Positions 1 through 14,079 of a stretch of 64,000 nucleotides of DNA are shown here, piece by piece. Source of the DNA: Lytechinus pictus (lineage: Eukaryota); assembly GCF_037042905.1 (NCBI RefSeq), contig NC_087251.1:23128001-23192000 (forward strand). Direction: 5' to 3'. Numbering within the stretch: position 1 is the first letter of the stretch; each line of letters opens with the position of its first letter. A program made the position numbers and the translations under genes. Under the pieces are notes generated by a model that was given only the letters and a program-made list of their open reading frames with translations, searched no databases and was not told the DNA's origin.

Positions 1-199
1 ACTGAGTGCCCCCCCCGGGGCTGGTTTCAGCTTTCCTCACAAACCTAGTCTGTGACTGTTCATTCTGAAACATGGCGAATGATCAAAGTATAATTTTTTT
101 TCTGCAAGCTTTATCATAAATATACCTGGATATCCGACGTTAGTATGTGATACGAACGCGACACCGAAGTGTGTTCTTTGTGGTGTCTGTAACGTCTGC

Positions 200-450
200 T
201 CTGACAGTGTCACATGCCTGCCCACATTGACGTCATCTGGGGGTTCTCCGGTAACCCATGGCAACGTAGTCAGCTCACTCATTGGACTGTTGTGCGATTA
301 TTGGTGGGGAACGACCGAGAGCGTGACAGCAATGTTTTTCTCCCTCTCTGCCTCTCTTTCTCTTTCTCACTCTCTTACTCAGTGGCTTGTATTGTTATGC
401 CGCTTCTTCATTTTGTTACGAGTCGCTCGTGTTAACTCTGATTCAGTTTC
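200..450 (+). promoter_or_regulatory. Putative NCKX proximal promoter
   Basis: Palindrome TGACAGTGTCA (202-212), full CRE TGACGTCA (228-235), overlapping RFX X-box-like GTTCTCCGGTAAC (243-255) and GTAACCCATGGCAAC (251-265), inverted CCAAT ATTGG (281-285, 300-304), CT-rich tract, and Inr-like TCAGTT (443-448). Confidence 0.6.
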
Positions 451-912
451 TGTAAAAATAAAAAGTTGTGCGTTGACTGCAGAAGGCTTGAGCTAGGAGC
501 AGTGCATAAGAAACACGGCAACATTTGATGCATGTTCATTTGAGATGCTTGCTACCTCTTCAACTACGCGCTTCACATTCTTAGGAGCTACCGTCAAGTA
601 ACTTGACGATTTGCCGCTGGGGGATCCCTACAACACACAAAAGCAGACGTCATTTTTATTTATTGATCAAAATCTGCGGGTGTTTTGTGGTGTCTTTTCA
701 ACGTACTATTGGATATTTCCCCTGCATTTCACCACAGACCCACTTTTTTTTGTGATTGCGCTCAGTTTTCGAGTGGTGTTAAACTCAATTAACGAGCTGA
801 CAGCATTCCACCAGGTCTCATTGAGCGTGCATGTCTGACTGGAACATTGCTGTAAGCCACGGCTGCAGTGTTACTCTTCGTTGCAGCACCTTGACTTCTC
901 ATTTTCAAAGTG

Positions 913-1036
913 ATGGGGATGGCACTACGATATAGGAGGACCAGGAGCCTCTATCTCTGGAGAAAAATCCTTTTTGTAGCCCTCATCTTTGTTCTCTCCA
1001 CTGCATTGACACACGTAGCAAGGCATCATAACTCAG
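913..1036 (+). CDS. SLC24/NCKX exchanger, probable coding exon 1 (basic N-terminus plus signal/anchor helix)
   Basis: ATG at 913 with an in-frame TGA upstream at 892-894. Encodes MGMALRYRRTRSLYLWRKILFVALIFVLSTALTHVARHHNS and ends in phase 1 at CAG|gtaata, matching the phase of exon 2. It follows a promoter-like motif cluster. Linkage across 44 kb is inferred, since there is no direct homology in this exon. Confidence 0.7.
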
Positions 1037-2854
1037 GTAATATTGCAGTAGCTGGTCGTGATCACTGACATGTCATACAATTAACCTCAACTCAATTCTA
1101 TTATGTCGCACAGACAAGATAAATTAAGACGGTAATGAAGGATGTTTGATGAAGTATGACCTCAATGAAAAGAAAACCCCTTGATTTGATAGCCCAGCGC
1201 GCGCTCGTACCCGTATTTTCATGGAATCTCTGTATTAAATAACACGACTGTACCAGTTTATGATTTTAGTTGTTTACACAGTTTTCAAATACGTTTATAG
1301 GCCTACTGCTTAATCCAAAGCAGAATACGTATTTGTTTATTGTTAAAGCATGCGATTTAGAGCATCAAAGGAGAATAGCTACGAAGGTTTGCCTATTGAT
1401 TATGATCCGCTATGCCCATGCACATTCTTTATACATCTTAAATATCTATCAACAATCAGAAAGAGGTCATCCATTTAAGTGAGTGATTAAGGCCTAAAGG
1501 TCCCTGGGACATTTTGGTTGAACACCTTGAAAGTAAGATCACTGCGAAGCAATCTATGGAGATGTGTGAATGTCCACTATTATACCTCCGATTTGTACAG
1601 TCAGAAATTGTGCAACCAATGAATTCTTACATTCCATAATACAACCATGGAATGTACATTGAGTTTTTATTGTTATTTCTTCTTTTTGCAGCATAGTTTT
1701 ATAATATGAATTGTGATAGACAATTACGGAACTAACACTATCGTTAATAATTTCCTCTGTTTTTTTCTTCTTCTATACATCGGATCGTTAAACGGGGAAC
1801 ATAATATATACCCCGGAAAGTGACATAAAGTAAATAAAAACCCAGAAAATCAGGCAATGCGTTTGAACTCACAGAAGTAATATCAGTTAAGTGGGAGGAT
1901 AGCTTTGTTGTACTAGATATCGAGGCTCCCGGGAATTAACCCTGGATAGGGGGTGTGTCGTTGAGGTATGGGCCCGTCCATTAATGGGTATGGGCTCAGA
2001 TACATCTTCAGTATTATGAAGGCGTTATGATAATTCATTTGTTTGTATTATTCTCGAATCTTTACCTCATTGGTATGGAATCGCAAGAAGCTTCTGTTCA
2101 ACGTTCGTAGGATAGTTTCATCAATGTCGTATTCATCAACAATATCGAAATAATATCTTCGGAGGCCTATGAAATGACCATTCATAATAGTTTTAATACC
2201 ATCCAAGTGGATGGGGATATTCCGCATATTTCTTTGGGTTTTTTTCTCTTGATCACCTTTCCCTTTTCTCCTTTTCTACTAATCATAATGATGATATCAT
2301 TATGATAATTGTTATTTATTGACGTCACACATCATCTACCAGCAATTATGTATGTACCGTCCCAACGTTTTATATTACCAATAATATAAATGATATTTGA
2401 ATTATGTGAAACGATAATTAATTCACTGAGATTTTGTAATTTGTATGCGCTCAATTTGTTTCTGCTTTTATTTTGTCTTTAGAATTAGATGCCCCGGCAT
2501 ATTGGTGTTTACCCAAAATATGGTACAGCCTTGACGATTCCAAAGGATTCATGTCATTTTATGACTTGCATGCATCTCATTGAGCAGAAGCCTTACATAG
2601 TTCATTATATTTTGCCATTAATTCAGGTCAACACAACAGAAAGTAGGCTATATCACTCTCGGTAAATTGTATTTATGAAGGATTTGATATTGACGATTAT
2701 GTTTGTTTACATTACTGACCTGATGAGGTCAATGTGAAAAAATTAATGTGTGTGTTCAGGAAATAGACAAACTATCCCTTTTGTGAGCTACTATGTTTAT
2801 TAATGAAGGAAAACAATATAAATTTTGCCTCTCCAGCTAATTTTCTTATTCTAT

Positions 2855-3041
2855 ATTTTTTTCTTTTCTAGATTTTCTTCTCCTTTATCATCATCTCAAC
2901 CTTCTTCTTCTTTTTTCTTATTCTTCTTCTTGTTCTTGTTCTTCTTTTTCTTTTTCATTTTCTTCTCCTTCCTCTTCTTCCTCTTTTTCTTCTTCTTCTT
3001 CCTCGTCATTCATCTTTTTACCATATTTTTCTGTTCTTCTT
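2855..3041. repeat. Degenerate (TTC)n polypyrimidine microsatellite
   Basis: Long TTC/TTT-rich run; it produces the spurious poly-Phe ORF at 2825-3043. Confidence 0.85.
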
Positions 3042-6000
3042 AACTCCTCGAACTAGTACTTATTTTCGAATTATCCCAGAATCAAACAGCTGTTGTCTAA
3101 CGTGCTGTGGCAGAGATGTACGTAATTTCTGTACTGGTTTTAATATTCTGTATGTCTGGAAGTTTATGATCGATAATATTAACCAATCAAAGGCAACGAG
3201 AAGGCATTTATTTCGTTTTGTTCATTATCTGATCATAATTCAGATGCAGCTTTCGTTAATGGCAATCACTTTATTCGACTCTTCAGCGTTACTAGAAAAG
3301 AATTCGTCCTTCTCAATTTATTCCATCATAATGGTTTCTTTCGTGGTTAGGCACAATACGAGTTTTAATTTTGGTTAGTTGATTGTCATCGTTGACATTT
3401 CATTTCGCATCATCTTCTGACTTCTTTCGAGGTTAATAAGTACAATGATTTACTTCATGACGACATATTTTTTTTAAACGACGATACGCAAAGACCTGAT
3501 GCTGCCAAAACAACAATTGTTCAATGCTTGACGGTTACTGTTCTCATTATGTTCCTTTCGTCCAATACAAATGTCAGAATCTGTAATCTTTGGTGATGGT
3601 AAGTTGCTATTCGCCGATTTCATGGTTACGACAAGTTAGTGTCAAGTTTATGGTCGTTTAATCCAGAATTAATATTATGCTGGATCTGCGATAGTATACA
3701 TTTCAATACCATGAACTGATGTCGAATCATTGTTCCATTATTTTGTTTAAAATATGGAAAGCATAACATTTACCCATTATTTAACCACTGTTTTTGTATG
3801 TGGTACATGGAATATAAACGTGGAACAATATATCTGGGAATCCTTGTTAGATTGCATCTCATCGTAGCAATCTGATTTTAGTAATAATAGTGAAATTATT
3901 CAGACTTAGCTGCTGTTGAATGTATTGATGTTCCATATATTGGTTAGTATGAAACATACAATGGGCGTCCTTCAATAACTGAGTTAAGATCTATGAGTCA
4001 TTTTGAGGTCAATCTTTGAGCGAGAAATCTGCGTCATCAAGAAAACCTCAAAATTTTATTTTAGTACTTTATCATTAAAGGCAATCGATATTAGCTTTCA
4101 GTCAATTTGGTTTTAAAAAAGTCTGAAGAGCTTTATACAGAGAGCTACATGGAACATAAATGTAGGGAAAATTTTAACGGGTTCTGATAAAACATTATTT
4201 CCCTTACTATCAAAATCCTGCCACCAATGCATATATCTCAAAAATTGATATAAATAAGAAATTAATTTTACACACATTTCTCTGTTTATCAAGGGTTTGG
4301 TAAGTAGATCAAGAGACTTGCGTATTACTTTCACTCTCAGAACAACACACTAGTTTAAAATTATTAGATGAAAATGGTCACATTAGTGCAATATTGTTGT
4401 TTTGGTCAGATTCGAATATTTTCTACTCCAACTTTTCCAGAACACAGACTTTTCTTACTTCAGAATAATGTAAAATATATGACAAGACATATTAATTTTT
4501 TTTTTTTTAAACAAGTTCACACCTAGTTACCAACAAGACATATTAGTTGCTTCCGATTGACTGCTAATCTCGTCTTATTAATAGTTTGTACTAAGAATAT
4601 AAACTGCAGTACTCATCAATCTCACCGTCATCCATCAATTAAGTGAATCTATGAATAAACAATGTAAACCGATAAGGACAACTAATCAAATTAAGATAGA
4701 GATGGTTTGGGTTTATGCCTTACATTGTTCATTTAAGATTCTTCTAAGTCATGTATAGATTATTTCATTGCCAGAAAGGTGTCCTATCAAGGTTATATAT
4801 CCGTCAAAGAAAGAAAAACAAATATCAAATCACACTGGAAGGACAGATTTTATGCGATTATTCAACCTCAAGTCATGCTCAGGCTGCCAATGCAGTCATA
4901 AGTCTTCCAACTATAACGTCAAGTTTCCTAACTATTCTGTTAGTTTGTTTCATGCAACAGAAGGTAGGAACTGATATTCTTGATTAAAACCTGATCTATC
5001 AATTACAAATATGAAACTGAAATTGTCAAAATGTTTCTTTCACCCCCTCCATATATACTGATCGTCTGGAAGGAGTGACTCATGCAGATTTGAACCTCGG
5101 TCCCGCAGCAGTCTAATCTAGAGAGCTTGTGTGGTGATTGGCAATTGAGACGTTTCACACGAAAAATTACGTATTCATATCTTTCTGATTAGGATACAAA
5201 TATGGCCTTCACGTGGTCCCATGCTCATTGTAATTAAGATAATTTTTCGGATTTTCAGATTCTATCAAAGTAAAAAAAGAAATAGGCCTATATACAGTTT
5301 CATTTAACTTTTACTTTTAAGTTCAAAATCAACCGATTCAATAATCAAGTGTCAACTAGTAAATTATCGGGTGACTTTCTTGGAATAGCTGCTACGATGT
5401 AGGTCAAGCCTTAGGCAATATTTATGCAAATCTTGGACAGGAAGGAAGTGCGTAATATCATAATGAATTTGTGGTCTTGACAGTGTTATTACCATGAGGG
5501 ACGGAATGAGGGGTGACATAAAAATCGAAATGGATGGGTTTTCAAATTATCGAAATTACGAGTTCATGCCGTTCACATGCTGCAACTTCTCAAAAAAAGT
5601 TTACACTTTGCATGGACACACGAACGCAGATGAAGTCGAACCTAATTAATGATGCAATCGGTAAGATAATCTGAAGTGATCAGAATGACAAATATAATGT
5701 GATTTACTGATTTGGTCTGGATTTCGTTCCGTTTATAATAGCCTACTGATTGATCAATTTGCTCTTTGTACTGATTGCGTAACGGGAATACATTTAACGA
5801 CTCGCGTTCATCAAATTCTGTCTCTCTCTCTCTCTCGCTTTACGTCAATATTGACATGATCTATTGTTATCTCTACAAACGCACCCGATCATAAAAGAAA
5901 ACGTCAGCGAATTTGTTTTGTCGCCTATTATTGTATGGTAAATTGGTAATGAATAATGGATCAATGTGTTTGGTTCTGTATGACTTCTGTTGAGGAAGTC

Positions 6001-9000
6001 AGCACGGGCCGACAACAGAGGCAAACAAAAACATGAGTGGCATCCTAAATAAATTTGGTTCGTCGAGGAGACAAAACTAAAACGATATCGACTTTTAACC
6101 ATTAACCACTAATAATCAATAGGGAACATTAACTGTACAATAGTTCGGGTTGGACTTTACAGGATATTATCTCTTTAGAGTCACTTGGTCGCAATAGCGA
6201 GTTCTCCAACCGGTCTATAATTTCGACGGTCACTATAGGTTGTAGAGACTTATTTTACATAGATACATAGATGTCACTCAAGTTAAGAATTTAATGTAAC
6301 AGTGTAAGAAATAACACAATGATTGAATTCGTTTCTGCCCAGGCACCATTTATTTTGTATAAACATGCAATTGAGTACATATTGTGTTAACCCGTCCATT
6401 GGCAATATAATTTTGCCTTTCAAAACCTGTTCTTCTACAATCTCGATTTTTCTGAGCGCAATACAGACATCGACAAACCGACATGGGATCCGATAAGACT
6501 TTTGGCAAGCAATGCTACACTACCTGGGGGAGTGATTGTAGAGCAAAAGTTAGTCAAACGTAAAAAATCCCTTTGTATTAAATTGAACGAGATTCCATCT
6601 GCATAAAGAATATCAAAGTCAATCGATAAATCTAATTCACCCTTTGGTCATTATTATATTGTGACTTCTCATATTAGCTTGTTTGTTCTTCTTTGCATGT
6701 CATTAGTCCTGTGACTTTTATTCTCTCTCTCTCTAAGTGGGGGGGGGGGGCATTTACTTGCATAATGACGTTGAAGCAGGCGGCACACATTCCCTCGATC
6801 TGACGTATACCTCTCCATTCCTCAAAACCTAAATACATTAACAAAGTATAAATATCTACTTCCAATTAGTACTTACACTAATTACGTTTCTGGTTATGTG
6901 TTACCACCGCCTTCCCTGGAACATGTTAACGATTTAGCGAAAATTCAACTACGCCCGGGGGGGGGGGGGTGATGTCATAAGACTTTCATCACCTTCTAGA
7001 TTCCAGAACCATTAGTGATGCGATCCCATGCACATCTTATCCCCGTCTCAAGTCCGTCAGATGAACTTGGGGATCAAGGGAAATATTGGGTGTATATTGG
7101 GAGATAGTAAAATTAGAGGGTGTTTTGATGCGATCACATGCGGCAGTTTAAGTAGAATTGTAGAGTTGGTATACGTCTTGCTCGTGTTAATGGTGGGTGG
7201 GGTTTCGATGCGAGGGGCGGTAGGTTTCATCTGGTGGGTTTATTAGTGTGTATTGAGGTGAGGGGGTGATAGACCCCCCCCCCCCAATTCTTACCTCCAC
7301 CTACATCCCATGACAGCAGTGTCCTCCGCTGATACCTATAATAACTAGCACTGGGCCTTACCCATCTCGAATCACCAGACGAAGGATAAAGCTCGAACGC
7401 ATAAGCTGCATACCTGGGATACTTGGGCAAGACCAGACCTCGGGATGAAATACAGTGATCATCCTCCTACCCTTTGTCCGCCATGTTGTCCTGACAGAGA
7501 GAGAGAGTGAGAGAGAGAGATGGGGGGGGGGGACGACATGAAGCGAGAGAAAACATGAGGAATGGCACCTTCCATACTTATACGTTCATTTACCATTTTG
7601 ACAATAATAACACTTATTGACTTACAGTTGCAATCATCATTTCTGAACAGTTTTAGACGGATTATAATTTATTTCAAAATATGCTTCAGATTATTAGACC
7701 GCATATTTTTACTGTATTGAAGAATCGAATCCTTTTGTCTTGGTTACATGAAATCAATTCAAACACTTTAAATGATTTTTTTTAAGATAACGCCTATTAT
7801 GATGACGCTTCTGCAACGTAAACCTGAATTCTATTTTATAAACCGTTAGCACTTACTAGTATCATTTCTATAACCTTCAAAAAGGTATAGTATACTTAGT
7901 TTCTAATATCAAAGAACTTACAATAACTGTTAAAGCAAGAAGAAGAAAAAACACAACAACAACATCTTAATTGATTTTAATTCACAATATCTAAAGATGT
8001 TTCCAATTTTGTTTTTTAAAAAATCGTGACACATTGACGTTAGTAGACTTAACCTGATGAAAGGTTTTTATACATCAACCGGATAGGTTTGTTTGGAGAC
8101 CAGTTTAGAAATTCATTGTTTCAACGAACACGTGATTTCCTTTCAAAGTCATCCCCCTTTCCTTTGACGTAAATATATTATATTACAGGCAGAAGAGAGG
8201 TCTTATCGTTTCTGGAAAAAAAATGGTTTGTAACCACCGCACATGCACTGCGTCATTCAAAAAAAAAAATGCGTTCGAAAGAGAGATTATCAAAGACCAA
8301 GTTCACCCGAACCATGCCAACATCAAGTTGATTTCTACTAGTTCTCAAAGATCGTGTGTTATCAAATCTTACGGGGTTAAAAAAAGAGTAGGCCCTGCCT
8401 GTATGTTTTGGAGGAATACTCTTTTCGACCCAATTATCATTATCATTTTATAGGATATTCTATTGAACCAAATATTGAATCAGTGATTCATCCATATCGA
8501 AGCAAATTATCAGCATTTGCAAACATCTGTTTTAAGCGAGATCTGTAAATCATTTTGTTTGTCATTATCCGCGTCTCCTTGACATTTGTGGCCTAGCAAA
8601 CACGTGTGCTTTCCCATATCAACACAATCGTAACTTTTAATTGTAATTGAAGACGCTTGTCTGTTTTTAATGCATTCATGTGATTTTATTTTAAGAAATA
8701 AAAACATCAGCGTTGTGAGGCAGGTAGAATATTCTCTGAATGAATTGAGGGCTGAGATAGTTCTTGATTAGAGATCCATAAGATTCTTTGAATGTATTGA
8801 TGTTATAGAAGACATCGTGTCTATTATGACAAAGGTCGATACGTCCCTTGGTTGGCTTGTATAGTGATTTACAATAAGGTTCTTCCTGTCTGTGTACTTA
8901 CGGAAGTGAAACACTTGAAACAGGAATCGAAAACCTCTTAAAATGCTTCTGTATGAAATGGACATTTTTAAATTTTGGAAACAGGGACAAAGAATCATTG

Positions 9001-9906
9001 TAAAATTACCAAAAGTGATGTTGAAAAATCTGATTTCATGGTCATGGACATGGTATTGCTGCCATGCTATGTATAACGATATTTCGATTCCATTTTTCTG
9101 ACGTCATGATACGAAAAATGAAGCCATAAATGTATATCAAACCATCTTTATAGAAACCCTTTCATATATTGAAGTCTTCATGAAATATGTACTAGATTCA
9201 TCCATCATCGTCGACAGAATGATCGATGGATTCGACGACCTCTTCGAAGCGTTGTTCGTGATGAAAATATCATTTCGTTTTATTCGTTAATCTCACAGCA
9301 CTGCCCCAAGTCATATTGCCACTTCTAAATGCCTGAATAAATCTTTGAAGTTCTTTTCGAAGGCCTATATTTCGGGGTCATCTTCTGTTTTAATCCATGT
9401 CGTTTGACATGTACTGCGTAAGTTTATTCTTCATTCTGAAGTCTGACGTTGGTGTTCACGCTTTAATAACTTTGATCTGATTGAGCACAATCCTTGTGAA
9501 ATCCCATGACGTACAAAATGCATTCTTAATGAATACAGATTGGAACAGTAGAGGATGTTTCCCCTTCTCACAATTCTATTATCAATTGATAGATCGCATT
9601 ATACGAGGATCTGACTCATGAATTAGAAGATAAATGAAGGGCAATGATTGCTGATCTCTGAATCGGGATCAAAGCTGAAATACTGATTTCCCCCAGCCAA
9701 TAATCTATCATTGATCAGAGGACATTCAATTTCTATTCATTTAGCACACAGTCAACATATTTACATACCATGATGCACTATCACTGTCTGTATAATGCTA
9801 ACCGTGTCAAGTGCTAGCAGTTTAAGTATGTTATTTTCTTCCCTCGGAAAAACAGTTCATATGACATCAATCAAAGCATGGAGCTATTTAATAGCTCTAT
9901 GATCAA

Positions 9907-10081
9907 AATCTTTGATAAGAAACAACCCAAATATTAAACCTATGCATGTGTTTTTTAATTCAATGACCTTACAGAATTGATCTATATGCAATCATTTAGT
10001 AACCAATCTTTGAAAAGAAACAACCAATATATTAAACCTATGTTTTTTTTATTCAATGACTTTATAGAATTGACCTATATG
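9907..10081. repeat. Diverged tandem duplication, period ~98 bp
   Basis: aatctttga.aagaaacaacc...attaaacctatg...attcaatgac.tta.agaattga.ctatatg occurs starting at 9907 and at 10005. Confidence 0.8.
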
Positions 10082-10750
10082 TTTTCTTGGTTTATATTCT
10101 TCAAAGACAAATCAGCTGATTATACAAGCCATTCACTAAATCGATTTTCATCACTATATTGCATTTCGATATTATTTGAATTTAGAATCGGAGTTTGTCA
10201 TAGAACAAAAACAAATATTAAATGGCCTTTTAATTTACAGGTATATGGAGAGAGAATCTGTACAAGTCAATGTCTAGTAGCAATGATGTTGGCAAACGAG
10301 GGGGTGTATTCACATCAAAAGAGATAAATTTTAATTTCCCAAGTGCTCGTTTTTAGGTTATATTAGGTTCAACCTACTCATTATAGGCCCTATAATGATG
10401 TACACATTCTTGTAGACGATCCGCGACTGATTCATCCTAATCTCCCAGACAAGATACCAGTTTTTCCAGGTTCAAAGGTTCACACTCAATGACAGGGCGA
10501 TTATCAAGGACCAATAAAACCTAATTTCTTTTAAATCTATCTATTAGTTTATTATGTTTACATTGGGCTTTGTGGCTATCCACTGATCAATACCTTATCA
10601 TTCACGATTTATGAAATCATCGAAACGGTGATTTAAAGTTTAACATATAGACTTATTTATCTCCCTTTTGTAGTAAAATAAATAAGATCGAAAGTAAGCA
10701 TTATCAATTTTTAATAGATGATTGCAATATAGGCCTGTATACTCAAGACT

Positions 10751-10915
10751 GGGCATGATAGCTCAGTGGTAGTACATTTCCGCCGTTAAGAAAGGAAGAT
10801 CGCGTTCGATCCCCCAAATAGCGTTCGATCCCCCCAAATAGCTCAGCATTTATATTGGAAAAGGATAATGATAACATTTGGCTTCCCTGGCTTCCCTGTA
10901 ATAAAACGTTATTAA
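10751..10915 (+). mobile_element. tRNA-derived SINE remnant
   Basis: A box TAGCTCAGTGG and B box GTTCGATCC. The B-box segment gcgttcgatcccccaaata is tandemly duplicated. There is no intact cloverleaf. Confidence 0.65.
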
Positions 10916-11186
10916 AATCAGATTTTTACGTCTATTAAAGCCTTAAAATCCTGTCATGTTTAAAAAGACTCGTGCGTTTTCCAAACACGCCAAATGTCTC
11001 TTTTGTTTTCATACATTCTAATATCAACTTTAACTTGGATTCAAACAAACATTTTCAAAAGCAAACACATAACAAATCAACAAACATACACATTTCAATC
11101 CAAAGACAAACATACACAATTCCATACAAAAGAACGTGTTCTTAATGACCTAACATAAGAGTTTGTGTTCGTTTCGCTGCTTTTAA

Positions 11187-12123
11187 GGACGTTGCACAGT
11201 TATGTTTGTGCGCATTATGATCTGCGCATAGTTTACACTCTACGCGCTGACGTCACAATGGATGAACAGGTGATTAATTAGCTCCGGGTATGAAGCTGAT
11301 TTTTCTCATCTTCTGCACTTTAACTGCAGATCCGATGCGTTATTTCATGAAGCTAAAAATGGAATTATTCCATTAACCATTCAAAAAATAAATTCTCTAC
11401 GATTTCAAAATACTTCACTCTGCAGTGCTGCCAAGAATCACGAATATTACCCCGAGATCGAATAAATGGAAGAGTGGTTTTGATTTTTTCTTCTCATAGA
11501 TACAAAGCATTCGGCGCATTTTTGGTGTTTTAAAAAGCACATTTGCTCTAATAAAAATGCTGATAGTTTAAAAACAAGCACATGAACCCCTATTTTTTAA
11601 TGTTTGTACCTCTTAGGTATACCTTCCTCTACAACTCTGCAAATTTTGGTGAAAATGACATGGATTTTGAATAATGTGCAGCATTTATTGTATGTTCGTA
11701 GTTTGTTACTGAAATTTTACATTTTGTAGATTGGGATTTTGTTATCTTTTACGCCATTTTTAAGAACTTACAGTGCTGTTAAGCTTAAAATTGCAAACAA
11801 ATTGCACTATAAATATATTCTCCATTCTAACGATACAATTATTAACTCTCTTGCGAAATTTGATGACTTTCTCGTGTATTTTGACTGAGTAATAGAGGTT
11901 TAAACTCATTGTAGTAATCTTGGGCGGTCTAAAAATGTTAAATTCTTTTGAATGCGCAATTCTTAAGAACATCAGTTTGGGTGAACTTTGAAGCTCTATA
12001 GCAAAAAATCAAGCACATGGACCTATGTTAATTTTTGCATATTTCGAATATTAAGGTTCTAAAGTATCTATGTGCAAAGTTTGGTGAAAATGACATGGAT
12101 TTCACTTTAACTGTGGAACGTCC
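11187..12123. mobile_element. Non-autonomous DNA transposon with TTAA TSD (Kolobok-like)
   Basis: TIR GGACGTTGCACAGTTA / TAACTGTGGAACGTCC (1 mismatch), with TTAA on both sides (11183-11186, 12124-12127). The internal block caagcacatg...tgcaaa.tttggtgaaaatgacatggatt is present at ~11575-11668 and ~12010-12102. Confidence 0.85.
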
Positions 12124-13992
12124 TTAAGTTAAGACTTTATATAATTTTAATACGCTTTTCCTAATGGCATGATCAAAACAAGACGGTATCGTTCCGAAGG
12201 GAATTATATTCTGTTTCGAACGACTGTAAGATTTGTTTTAATTGCTGTTATATGTGTTTTATTTTGTATATGAATTGAAGTTGTCAATAATAAAATCCAC
12301 TTTAGGTTTGAGTAGCTATCAGTATACTATTAGTAGTAGAAGAGAAATAGAGACGGAGGCTTGTAATGATCAAGATTCCTACCTAAAATCTGTGCGTCAT
12401 GTCTGAATTATCGTCGGCTAAGTAGCCTGTTGGGATGGGTACTCGATTTGGTCCTTCAAATTATCCCTTCAGTAGCTAATTCTAGCAACCGTGTGAGAGT
12501 AATGACGTCATATTGACAGGCTTTTAGAAATATAGTCAAGTATGCCTTGCCTATTTTTAGTCAGACACTCTGATCGATTGAATAGTATTCATTGTGGAAC
12601 CATTGGGTTGATGCCGCGAGGTAGAGTTTAAAAAAAGCACATAAATCGTTTTACGTAATCCATCGATTTTTGTGCAATCAGTTATCCTTTTGATGTTGAG
12701 AAGACTGTCTGATGTGACCAAGCAAATACCCACCTGGTTTAGTTACAGATGGGGAAACGGTGTAACACGTCGAGTAAGAAATTAGTAATAGAAACCACAA
12801 AAAAAACACACACACACACACAAACAAGAAGAGATAGAGATCTAGAGGAGGAGAAATGCAAATGGAGTCATCCATTGGTAGGGAACGAGAGGACAAGAAC
12901 CCTCAGCTAGCTCAGAATATTTTTTAAATATATTTTTATTCTTTAATACTGCCAAAATAAATAGTCAATGATGACTTATAGCATCCCATTCAGAGATGGG
13001 AGTATCATCAGTTTTCCTAGGATGTTAATTGAGACGGAGTTAAGATGCTCCTAGTGTCTTGGTGATGTGACTATTCAAGGAAGACTCGATTCCCTCGCTC
13101 CCTCACGTACCCTTTAATGTATGCTCACAATATCCTGAATATTGCTTGAGATATCTAAAATTTGATTTATGTGTGCACTAAATAGGCAAATAGACCTTTT
13201 AAGACATATTGGAGTGTCATCTTTACGGGAGGGGGAAGGGGAATAAAATTATATTCAAAGTTTGCCCCTCCCTGGTTAAATGAAAATACTTTTTTTTCAG
13301 TTTTGGATTTGCCTGCATCCCACAAAATTTTCAATTTTTTTTCTTTTCATTCCTCCAGTCAATATCCCTCCCGGTTTAACAGGAGAATAAAGTATAGATG
13401 GCTTTACCAAAAAAGGGAATACGCATTTTTTTTTTATACCGAAAGGTGTATAACGACACTGCTTAAAAGTTTTTAAGGGCCCCCAATTGCATCTAGTTTT
13501 ACAATTAATTTTTTTTCTCTCTCGGTTACTTCTCTCCTTCCCTGTTAGATGCCAGTAATTCATAATTCATATTCGCTTTTTCCAGACTAGTTGAGTAGGT
13601 CGCTGACTTCGGAAGCAGTGAGTTAAATTTTAGCTATGAAAATTAATAATTTCCGGTTTTATATGTGCCGACCGAACAATATCTTAAATCTTACGGCAAT
13701 CCAACCACTCGAAGAAGTGTGAAGTAAATCCACAAAATGATGATATCTTCCTGTTTAGTTTCCGTTCCACGATAAGTGACTTAAAACACGTGGATCAAGA
13801 GTAATTTTTCATTCTCCGAATCTCATTTGAATAAGCCTTTTTTTTATTTCAGAGTTTTCCCCTAGGAAACTATTTGCATATCTGTCACATATTTTTGATT
13901 GATATTTATGTCATGGCTGCATATCCACGAAACACTAGTAGCTACTTTTGTCAGATTTATGAATGGTAAAATAGGTTGAAATTATTATTTTT

Positions 13993-14032
13993 ACGACGCG
14001 CTTGCGACGTCGGGACGTCGCAAGCGCGTCGT
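13993..14032. repeat. Perfect CpG-rich palindrome (19-bp arms, 2-nt spacer)
   Basis: ACGACGCGCTTGCGACGTC-GG-GACGTCGCAAGCGCGTCGT. Confidence 0.95.
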
Positions 14033-14079
14033 GAGAGACTTTGAGCAGGATCGGTCTCTTGGATGTCGGTATACAAATG

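Noticed and set aside
2825..3043. Phe-rich ORF
   Set aside because: Translation of a (TTC)n tract.
4076..4580. TTAA-flanked transposon
   Set aside because: Only a weak partial inverted match between the ends, so boundaries cannot be supported.
8051..8090. Minimal hammerhead ribozyme (CTGATGA...GGTT/AACC stem)
   Set aside because: The required GAAA core reads GGAT and no convincing stems I/III were found. A similar degenerate motif at ~7375-7400 also fails.
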